IMG/VR virus record: IMGVR_UViG_3300006990_004483
Coordinates: 1-30,079 of that record
Origin: a virus
Lineage: Duplodnaviria > Caudoviricetes
DNA length: 30,079 nucleotides
Direction: 5' to 3' (one strand)
In this document: in pieces, positions 1 to 7,041 of the stretch
Numbering within the stretch: position 1 is the first letter of the stretch
Layout: each line of letters starts with the position of its first letter
Notes under the pieces: model-generated
Database searches by the model: none
What the model was told of the DNA's origin: nothing
Seen by the model: only the letters and a program-made list of their open reading frames with translations
Made by a program: the position numbers and the translations under genes

Positions 1-210
1 ATATCAGATAGACAATTAAAATCTATGCTCCACTTCTTAGAGAATAAAGCTGGTTATAGAAGGTTTAGAGTTGATTTAGAGTCTGTTTATAACCAACCAA
101 AATCTGTGTATTGCCCAGAATGGAATCATACTTGGAAGCATTTCAATTCTCATGATTTTTCTGTAAGTTTAATAGAAGACGTTTTAGGTGTAATCCCAAC
201 AGGAACTTAG
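1..210 (+). CDS. Phage minor tail protein, C-terminal part (lambda gpM/distal-tail-like domain); truncated by window edge
   Basis: Frame is open from base 1 (ISDRQLKSMLHFLENKAGYRRF...VYCPEWNHTW...), so the ATG at 25 is probably internal. The pattern resembles phage minor tail domains, and the gene lies next to a tail-tube-like gene. Confidence 0.5.
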   Translation: MSDRQLKSMLHFLENKAGYRRFRVDLESVYNQPKSVYCPEWNHTWKHFNSHDFSVSLIEDVLGVIPTGT

Positions 211-211
211 T

Positions 212-1297
212 ATGGCTAGAAATATTTTAAAGAGTAATAATGCGATTGTTATAGCTGGTAAAAGACCAGCCTTTAGCACTACCGTTAGAAGTGGATCTTC
301 GATGGGTGGAGCCTATATGAGCGCCGTTCAGGGTGTTACTGTAGGGTTCTCTCAAGAAAGACAGAAATCAAAACAGATTGGATCGAAGGATTTAGCTATC
401 AATGAGATAACTAGAATGCCTGATGTTGATTTATCCATTAGTTACTATTACACGCCAGCAATGTTAAATGAAAATATGTTGGGTCTAATAAACGATCAAA
501 CGGGAGTTGATAAGTCACAGTTCTTTAGTGGCTATAATAACCAAGATCAAAATTTTTATATAGTCAACCATGAGAATGGAGCGGCTGATATGATTGTGAA
601 TGATGCTTCTGTTATATCAACTTTAGGCAATGAGTCTGAAGTGATTTGTATCGGTAATGCTTTTTTAACTAACTATTCATTAGGTTTTTCGATAGGATCT
701 TTACCTGTCGTCTCTACTTCATACAAATGCTCAAATATAACAGTTAATCAAGGATCTTTTGATTCACTACAGATCCCCGCTATCAATCTATCCTCTGGTA
801 ATAATAATGGTGTTGCGAGCGTCAATTTAGAAGACGCTAGTGTAAATGGGTTTGGAGATTATGCATCAGTAAATAGATTTAAGCCGCCCTTATGCTCTCC
901 TAATGAATTAAACATAACTCTTCAGAATTTGCAGATTGGTGGCTCTACCATCAGTGGTGATGCAAGTATACAATCGTTCTCATTCAATATACCGATTAAT
1001 AGAATTGATTTGTTTGGGCTAGGTAGTAATTACCCATATGGGAGAAAGGTCCAATATCCATTAACCTCATCAGTGGACTTAGAGTTTTTAGTATCTGGTC
1101 TGGCTACTGGTGAGATTTCACAGTTGATAGACAATGAATCTGTGTACAATTTCGAAGTTGAAGTAGTGGACACAGGAGAAGCATTCAAAAATACATTCTC
1201 ATTTTCTGATCTCAGGCTAGAGAATGCAGCCTATCAAATGAATGTAAACGACAGCATGACTTACTCCTTGTCATTTAGCCGCGAGTTAACTAACTAA
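212..1297 (+). CDS. Putative phage tail tube-like structural protein
   Basis: 361 aa, Ser/Gly/Asn-rich and beta-rich. Two internally similar segments (VQGVTVGFSQERQKSKQIGS / IQSFSFNIPINRIDLFGLGS) and a C-terminal MTYSLSF strand are typical of tail-tube folds. Confidence 0.5.
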   Translation: MARNILKSNNAIVIAGKRPAFSTTVRSGSSMGGAYMSAVQGVTVGFSQERQKSKQIGSKDLAINEITRMPDVDLSISYYYTPAMLNENMLGLINDQTGVDKSQFFSGYNNQDQNFYIVNHENGAADMIVNDASVISTLGNESEVICIGNAFLTNYSLGFSIGSLPVVSTSYKCSNITVNQGSFDSLQIPAINLSSGNNNGVASVNLEDASVNGFGDYASVNRFKPPLCSPNELNITLQNLQIGGSTISGDASIQSFSFNIPINRIDLFGLGSNYPYGRKVQYPLTSSVDLEFLVSGLATGEISQLIDNESVYNFEVEVVDTGEAFKNTFSFSDLRLENAAYQMNVNDSMTYSLSFSRELTN

Positions 1298-1677
1298 TCG
1301 TACTCGACCTTTACATTCTTACTTTCGTAAGTTTTAGATTGGGAGTGATGCTTCTTACCGTTAGTCCTCTTTGAGTAATCATCCAAATACTTTTGCTTGA
1401 CTGGATCAACTCCTCCGGCTTTTTCAGCTCTTCTCTGACTCATTTCAGCTGAGTAGTCGAACATATCACCCATAGTACCTTTTTTTGATCCTGTACTCTC
1501 AGTAAACTGACTTTGGTTAAATGGGTCGATCTTAGAGTTAATTGAGGCATGAGGGACGTTAAAAACCCTTTTCCACTGAGTACCAAACTCGTCGATATAG
1601 ATATGCTCATCATTCATTCCTTGAAGGACATCTTTCTCTTCTCCTGTATCTGGATGGCGATAAGCGTATAAAGGCAT
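1294..1677 (-). CDS. FmdB-family zinc-ribbon-like protein lacking the cysteines
   Basis: MPLYAYRHPDTGEEKDVLQGMNDE...GTQWKRVFNVP follows the FmdB pattern MPxYxYxCxxCG...QxM...CPxCG...RxxxxP, but the protein has no Cys. Confidence 0.55.
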   Translation of the reverse strand: MPLYAYRHPDTGEEKDVLQGMNDEHIYIDEFGTQWKRVFNVPHASINSKIDPFNQSQFTESTGSKKGTMGDMFDYSAEMSQRRAEKAGGVDPVKQKYLDDYSKRTNGKKHHSQSKTYESKNVKVEYD

Positions 1678-1682
1678 ATTAT

Positions 1683-1710
1683 ATTATAAATAAAAACGGG
1701 GGCGTTTCCA
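1683..1710 (-). promoter_or_regulatory. Putative sigma70-type promoter overlapping the terminator (TGGAAA-N16-TATAAT-N5-ATG)
   Basis: Perfect TATAAT lies 5 nt before the ATG at 1677. A 4/6 match to the -35 element covers the hairpin loop. Confidence 0.45.
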
Positions 1711-1716
1711 CCCCCG
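1692..1716 (-). terminator. Rho-independent terminator after hsp20
   Basis: Minus strand reads CGGGGGTG-GAAA-CGCCCCCG followed by TTTTT, 4 nt downstream of the hsp20 stop. Confidence 0.9.
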
Positions 1717-1720
1717 CTGT

Positions 1721-2035
1721 TTAATTAACCTTGATCTTACAAGGCTTAACTGCCCCTTTCTTAGGTAGTTCTAGATGAAGCAACCCTTTATCCATTTTAC
1801 AAGTTATGTTTTCTGTATAAACTCTTTTCATAAGTTTTACCGAACATCTCTTTTTGGATTCTTTAGGTTTAGTTTCAATTTGAAGTAAATCGTCTGAAAC
1901 TTCTACTTCAACATCTTCCTTAGAGAAACCGGGAAGTTCTACTTTTAGTTCGTAAAAGTCCCCTTTGTCTTTAATGGTGCTGTAAGGTTTAGATGAGTAA
2001 TCTTCAAATAGGTTATCAAATAATGTATCAATCAT
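1721..2035 (-). CDS. Small heat shock protein (Hsp20/alpha-crystallin family)
   Basis: YELKVELPGFSKEDVEVEVSDDLLQI and ENITCKMDKGLLHLELPK are alpha-crystallin domain motifs; C-terminal IKV fits the IxI/V motif. Confidence 0.92.
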   Translation of the reverse strand: MIDTLFDNLFEDYSSKPYSTIKDKGDFYELKVELPGFSKEDVEVEVSDDLLQIETKPKESKKRCSVKLMKRVYTENITCKMDKGLLHLELPKKGAVKPCKIKVN

Positions 2036-2054
2036 AATATATCCTTATCATATT

Positions 2055-3128
2055 TTATACCACATCAAAATCCTTGAATATACGGTATAAAATGACATCT
2101 ACAGTGTTCTTATAAGTCAACCTGTCTGCTAACTTTTGTCCCTCTGTGTTAATTTGTCCCACTTTGCTTTCAGCCTTTTCCATTGCTTCTATCACATCTT
2201 CCTCTTCCCAGTCATAGAAAGTCCCTTGATTAATAGGAGACTCCTTCTTGAAAAAGATGTTATCGTAACATTCTACTTCACCTGAAGGTTCGACCAAAAT
2301 ACAGTTATCTTTAGTAGCCCAATCCTTATGAGATGTGGCATTAAGAACAATGCTCCATTTGCCAAGACAAGTTGCGTTAAAAGCAGGTAGATTCCAACCT
2401 TCTGCCCCAGAAAGTCCTGTAAGATCAATGTCGATTGCATTTAAAAATTCATTAACTTCTGAGTTCTTTTCTAAATGAGGCAAGAAATTAATATTAGAAT
2501 ATCTCTCTCCACCTAAAACGGCATTGATTGTAGAATCCATATCTTCTTTCTTATAGAAAGGGTTATTAACCAAACAAGAAAGTTGATATTTAGGATTATT
2601 CCCGTATTGCTTCAACCAAGTCTGAATAATTTTAGCAGTGTGCTTTCTATGTTCAAACTTACCCATTAATCCAAAATGGGTTATGTCATTCAAGTATTCT
2701 TTTTTTGTTTCTTTGAAATCTTGGTCGAAACCCAATGGGCAGAACACGCCGCCAAACAAGTCAGAAGCGCAGGAAGAACTAAAGAATGTTTCATTCTGAG
2801 AAGCATAAATCTTTTTCTCGATATCTGTCGGTTTATTACATTCATAAAAAGTTAACAGATATTGATTTGGATTTTTTCTATTCTCAGAGCCATTTAGATG
2901 CCAAATTCTTAAGCTTGGTATCTTATTACTAAGGTAATCATACCTATTATTGATGCCATTTTCGATTTTTTTTACTAAATCTTCATCAGCATCATAAGCT
3001 TTTAGATCAACATTACCTGTTGGCCAAATTCCAACGTCATAACCCCTATCGAAAAGCTCCCGGATAATGTTAAAAGAAACATTACCGAGGCTTAACGAGT
3101 TGATAGGAGCTTCAACTAAAATCTTCAT
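2055..3128 (-). CDS. GT-B fold glycosyltransferase (GT4-like)
   Basis: GKFEHRKH donor-binding motif and SGAEGWNLPAFNATCLGK, a variant of the GT4 EGFGLPxxEAxAxG motif. Confidence 0.8.
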   Translation of the reverse strand: MKILVEAPINSLSLGNVSFNIIRELFDRGYDVGIWPTGNVDLKAYDADEDLVKKIENGINNRYDYLSNKIPSLRIWHLNGSENRKNPNQYLLTFYECNKPTDIEKKIYASQNETFFSSSCASDLFGGVFCPLGFDQDFKETKKEYLNDITHFGLMGKFEHRKHTAKIIQTWLKQYGNNPKYQLSCLVNNPFYKKEDMDSTINAVLGGERYSNINFLPHLEKNSEVNEFLNAIDIDLTGLSGAEGWNLPAFNATCLGKWSIVLNATSHKDWATKDNCILVEPSGEVECYDNIFFKKESPINQGTFYDWEEEDVIEAMEKAESKVGQINTEGQKLADRLTYKNTVDVILYRIFKDFDVV

Positions 3129-3523
3129 TAAAACGGAGGCTCATCATCAGATACTGGACCAGCGGTAGCGGTCGCAGGAGCGGAATCAGAATCAGAAGAT
3201 TTTCCATCTTCTTTTTTACCAGAGTTCAAGAATTGAATATCGTTTCCTCTGATAAAGTATTTCGATTGAGGTTTCCCTGTCTCTTTATTCTCCCAAGTGT
3301 CCATTGCAAGCTCACCAGAAAACACGAATTCACGACCTTTTGTAAGGTATTTAGACGCTATTTCCGAAAGCTTGTCCCAAACCTCAAGGTCAATAAAGCA
3401 TTTAGTTTTAGCATTACTTTTGGAGATACCAATCCTGAGAGTGGTTACCGACTTACCGCCATTAAGTTGGCGTGTGACTGGATCTTTTACAAGATACCCT
3501 ACTGCTGTAATATTATTATACAT
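3128..3523 (-). CDS. ssb: Single-stranded DNA-binding protein
   Basis: N-terminal OB fold (NITAVGYLVKDP, FIDLEVWDKLSE, YLTKG, WENKETG) and acidic C-terminal tail DDEPPF. Confidence 0.95.
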   Translation of the reverse strand: MYNNITAVGYLVKDPVTRQLNGGKSVTTLRIGISKSNAKTKCFIDLEVWDKLSEIASKYLTKGREFVFSGELAMDTWENKETGKPQSKYFIRGNDIQFLNSGKKEDGKSSDSDSAPATATAGPVSDDEPPF

Positions 3524-4085
3524 AATTTTCTGATTCTTTCTTGAATTTAGATAGATACCGATTGTGGATATTGATTACCCCTTGGATACTCATACCAAGG
3601 GACTTAGCTATCTTCCTCCAAGGTGTAAGCTTATTAGATACGTTATTGTACCTCATGTCAATAATTTTTTTAACCCTTTCGTCTTTTTCTTTATCTAAGG
3701 ACTTTTTAAATAAGGAAAAGACCTCGTAATTCTCATTGCTTTCGAAGCCGCCCTCATCTTCGGGCTGTTTGAGAAGATCATCTAGGGGGCATTTTTTAAA
3801 TTTTTTATTCCTCGTTAGCGCATTCAAACATTTCCATTTAGCTTCATTAGCTAGGTAAGTTGCAAATTTTGCACCTCTTGTAGGGTCATACTTTAACACC
3901 GAACTGTATATTGTAAATTCTTTTTCTAGAAGAATACTATCTCTATCTTCGACGTTTTTATCACCGGAGAGAAACCTTTCCACCATACCGTGATAAACTC
4001 CTGAATGTCTGTTAATGATTTCGACAAGACTATCGTTGTCATTACTACTCTTTACTTTTTCAATTAATTCTTGATCCGTTTGCAT
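3516..4085 (-). CDS. Phage RNA polymerase sigma factor (sigma-70 family, regions 2 and 4 only)
   Basis: Region-2 motif KYDPTRGAKFATY and region-4 HTH (IIDMRY...TPWRKIAKSLGMSIQGVINIHNR); 189 aa. Confidence 0.85.
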   Translation of the reverse strand: MQTDQELIEKVKSSNDNDSLVEIINRHSGVYHGMVERFLSGDKNVEDRDSILLEKEFTIYSSVLKYDPTRGAKFATYLANEAKWKCLNALTRNKKFKKCPLDDLLKQPEDEGGFESNENYEVFSLFKKSLDKEKDERVKKIIDMRYNNVSNKLTPWRKIAKSLGMSIQGVINIHNRYLSKFKKESENYV

Positions 4086-4119
4086 AACTCTTCTTTTAAA
4101 ATACTAAAAACATTTATCC

Positions 4120-4220
4120 TTTTTTATAATATATGATATTAACGTATATATTATATTAATAGTATATATCATATTTTTATATCTATAATATTTTTATATA
4201 TATTATATTAATATTATTCA
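4120..4220. repeat. Extremely AT-rich tract with direct repeats (candidate DNA-unwinding element)
   Basis: TATATATTATATTAATA occurs at 4145-4161 and 4197-4213; ATATTTTTATAT occurs at 4171-4182 and 4188-4199. There are almost no G/C bases over 100 nt. Confidence 0.7.
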
Positions 4221-4236
4221 TTCGTTCCTTTTACCA

Positions 4237-4288
4237 GAGGTTTCACTTTAAAGCAAACGAAACCTCGCGGATTTTGACCGTTAACGGT
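4237..4288. repeat. Inverted repeat and perfect 12-bp palindrome
   Basis: GAGGTTTC (4237-4244) pairs with GAAACCTC (4259-4266); ACCGTTAACGGT lies at 4277-4288. Confidence 0.75.
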
Positions 4289-4316
4289 ATTATAGGAATA
4301 TTTAAATTCGTGTCAA
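4289..4316 (-). promoter_or_regulatory. Consensus sigma70 promoter TTGACA-N16-TATAAT directed toward the sigma/ssb operon
   Basis: Plus-strand tgtcaa at 4311-4316 and attata at 4289-4294. Confidence 0.8.
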
Positions 4317-4384
4317 CAAAAAAAAATTAAAAATTTTCGCTCGACACGCGACGAAATCGCTCTAAAAGTGTAACTATCTCTACC

Positions 4385-5356
4385 ATGATTTTTCAAGAAC
4401 AAGTATCGCGTAAGCCTGACCATTACCCTTGGGCAGGAGAGTTTATCGAAGCAATGCATAACGGCTTCTGGACCGATAAAGAGTTCAGTTTTACGTCTGA
4501 TTTGCAGGACTTTAACGTGGTATTGAATGAGCAAGAAAAAGAGATTATCGTTAGAACCCTCTCTGCAATCGGTCAGATTGAGGTAGCAGTTAAGAAGTTT
4601 TGGAGTAAGTTGGGTGACAATTTGCCGCACCCATCGTTTAGCGATTTAGGTTTTGTAATGGCTAACGTTGAAGTCATTCACAATAATGCGTATGAGAGGC
4701 TTTTGGAAGTCCTTGGTTTGGAAGAGGTTTTTGAGGAAAATCTAAAGCTCGACTTTATCGAGGGTCGAGTGAACTATCTTCGGAAATACACACACAAGTT
4801 TTACAAGAATAGCAAAAAGCAATACGTTTACGCTTTGATCCTATTCACCCTTTTTGTAGAGAACGTGTCGTTGTTTTCCCAATTTTACGTCATAAATTGG
4901 TTTTCTCGTTATCGTAACGTACTAAAAGATACTGATCAACAAGTTAAGTATACTCGTAACGAAGAGAACGTTCATGCCTTGGTTGGGATGAAGATAATCA
5001 ACACCATTAGAGATGAACACCCCGAACTATTTGATGAAGAGTTGGAGGAACGTATTCTTGATGAGGCTCAACAAGCTTTTAAAGCTGAGAGTAATATCGT
5101 TGACTGGATGATCAATGGTATTCAAGCAAAAGGTCTTAATGCACCAATCCTAAAAGAGTTCATCAAAAATAGAATCAATGATTCTTTACAAAAAATTGGC
5201 TTTAAACAAGCTTTCGATGTTGACAAAAATCTGCTGAAAGATACAATTTGGTTTGAGGAGGAGTTACTTGGCAATAATGCCACTGATTTTTTCCATTCTA
5301 GACCTGTTGAGTACTCAAAAAATTCACAGACTTTCAACGAAGAAGACTTGTTTTAA
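4385..5356 (+). CDS. nrdB: Ribonucleotide reductase class I beta subunit (class Id/NrdBi-like)
   Basis: FWTDKEF, IGQIEVAVK (Glu first ligand), EVIHNNAY, ENVSLFSQF, EENVH and C-terminal DFFHSRPVEY. Confidence 0.95.
   Translation: MIFQEQVSRKPDHYPWAGEFIEAMHNGFWTDKEFSFTSDLQDFNVVLNEQEKEIIVRTLSAIGQIEVAVKKFWSKLGDNLPHPSFSDLGFVMANVEVIHNNAYERLLEVLGLEEVFEENLKLDFIEGRVNYLRKYTHKFYKNSKKQYVYALILFTLFVENVSLFSQFYVINWFSRYRNVLKDTDQQVKYTRNEENVHALVGMKIINTIRDEHPELFDEELEERILDEAQQAFKAESNIVDWMINGIQAKGLNAPILKEFIKNRINDSLQKIGFKQAFDVDKNLLKDTIWFEEELLGNNATDFFHSRPVEYSKNSQTFNEEDLF
5220..5247 (+). promoter_or_regulatory. Internal sigma70-type promoter within nrdB (TTGACA-N16-TACAAT), upstream of nrdA
   Basis: 11/12 match to consensus, about 110 nt before the nrdA start. 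Confidence 0.6.
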
Positions 5357-7003
5357 ATGACTGAATATTATTGGCTAAACAAAGACTCAAGGGTATTTCT
5401 TGAGCGTGGTTACCTCAAAGATGGTGAAACTCCAGAGCAGAGGATTCGTGATATCGCAGATACTGCTGAAAAGTATCTAGGTATTGATGGGTTCTCTAAT
5501 AAATTTGTAGGCTATATGAAGCAGGGTTTTTACTCTTTAGCTTCTCCCGTCTGGTCTAACTTCGGTCGTAAGCGAGGTCTTCCTATATCTTGTAATGGTG
5601 TATATGTGCCTGACAGGATGGATGGTATCTTAGCTAAACAATCAGAAGTTGGAATGCAAACCAAGCATGGATCTGGGACATCAGCTTACTTTGGAGACCT
5701 TCGTGAACGGGGCGCACCGATAAATTCTGGAGGTGAGTCTTCTGGGGCTATCCATTTTATGGAGCTATTTGATAAAGTCGCTTCCGTCGTATCTCAAGGC
5801 AATGTACGTCGTGGGTCTTTCGCTGCTTACCTACCTATTGAGCATCCAGATGTAAAAGAGTTCCTCCGTATCCGAAGTGAAGGCAATCCAATCCAAGAGA
5901 TGTCTTTCGCTGTAACGGTTACAGATGAGTGGATGAAATCAATGATCGGGGGTGATTCTGACAAACGGCAGATATGGGCTTCAGTCATTAAAAAAAGGTT
6001 TGAGACTGGTTATCCATATCTTTTCTTCCAAGATGCAGCAAATAACCAAGCTCCTGATTGCTATAAAGATAAAGGCATGAAGATTTATGCTTCTAATCTT
6101 TGTAATGAGATTGCTCTACCATCTAAAGAAGATGAATCTTTTGTCTGCTGTTTATCTTCTCTTAATCTTATCCATTGGGATGATATTGTAGATACAGATG
6201 CTATTGAGACGTTAACAATGTTTCTTGACGCAGTTATGGAGGAATATATTATTAAGACTAAGAATATTCCATTTATGGAGTCTTCTCATAATTTCGCAAA
6301 GCGTCATAGGGCTTTAGGTATGGGTGTCCTTGGCTGGCACTCTTACTTACAGAGTAAAATGATTAGCTTCGAAAGTATGGAGGCTAAACTGCAAAACAGT
6401 TACATCTTCAAGAAGATCCGTGAGCATAGTGATCTAGCAACTATACAACTTGCCAAACTACTAGGAAGCCCTTTATATTGTGAGGGTTACAATCGTAGAA
6501 ATACTACGACTCTAGCTATTGCCCCAACTACGAGTAGTTCATTCATTTTGGGTCAAGTATCTCCATCTATTGAACCGCTTAATTCTAATTACTTTGTAAA
6601 GAATTTAGCTAAAGGGAAGTTCACCTACAGAAACCCATACCTTAAAACCCTCTTGGCTGAAAAAGGTAAAGACACTAATGAGGTTTGGATGAGTATACTT
6701 GAAACTGGGGGTTCTGTTCAGCATTTAGCTTTTTTAAGTGTTGAAGAGAAGGACGTATTTAAGACATTTGGAGAGATCACTCAGAAAGAAATAGTAATCC
6801 AAGCGTCTCAAAGACAGAAGTTTTTAGATCAAGGCCAGTCTTTGAATCTTATGATAGCCCCTAAAGCTAACCTAAAAGAAGTAAATCAGCTTATGATTTT
6901 TGGTTGGGAGAGTGGATTAAAAGGGTTTTATTATCAAAGAAGTGCAAATCCCAGTCAAGAATTGGCTAGATCCCTTATGGAATGTAAATCTTGTGAAGGT
7001 TGA
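5357..7003 (+). CDS. nrdA: Ribonucleotide reductase class I alpha subunit, minimal type without ATP cone
   Basis: LPISC, SQGNVRRG, SNLCNEI (active-site Cys/Asn/Glu), AIAPTTSSS, LKGFYYQRS and C-terminal CKSCEG; only 548 aa. Confidence 0.97.
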   Translation: MTEYYWLNKDSRVFLERGYLKDGETPEQRIRDIADTAEKYLGIDGFSNKFVGYMKQGFYSLASPVWSNFGRKRGLPISCNGVYVPDRMDGILAKQSEVGMQTKHGSGTSAYFGDLRERGAPINSGGESSGAIHFMELFDKVASVVSQGNVRRGSFAAYLPIEHPDVKEFLRIRSEGNPIQEMSFAVTVTDEWMKSMIGGDSDKRQIWASVIKKRFETGYPYLFFQDAANNQAPDCYKDKGMKIYASNLCNEIALPSKEDESFVCCLSSLNLIHWDDIVDTDAIETLTMFLDAVMEEYIIKTKNIPFMESSHNFAKRHRALGMGVLGWHSYLQSKMISFESMEAKLQNSYIFKKIREHSDLATIQLAKLLGSPLYCEGYNRRNTTTLAIAPTTSSSFILGQVSPSIEPLNSNYFVKNLAKGKFTYRNPYLKTLLAEKGKDTNEVWMSILETGGSVQHLAFLSVEEKDVFKTFGEITQKEIVIQASQRQKFLDQGQSLNLMIAPKANLKEVNQLMIFGWESGLKGFYYQRSANPSQELARSLMECKSCEG

Positions 7004-7041
7004 TTTCATTTATACTTAAAATTAGTGTAAAGAAAAATACA

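Noticed and set aside
3233-3729. Plus-strand ORFs 3233-3544, 3297-3533 and 3541-3729
   Set aside because: Antisense shadows of ssb and the sigma gene with no recognisable motifs.
4318-4326. Poly-A run as a phase-variation tract
   Set aside because: A 9-nt A run in an AT-rich genome next to a -35 element is more simply an UP-element-like tract; no frame is affected.
7000-7041. ORF-track start at 7000 (similarly 12947 and 15135)
   Set aside because: Downstream ATGs (7042, 12962, 15168) fit better with upstream motifs, the remnant copy and domain boundaries.
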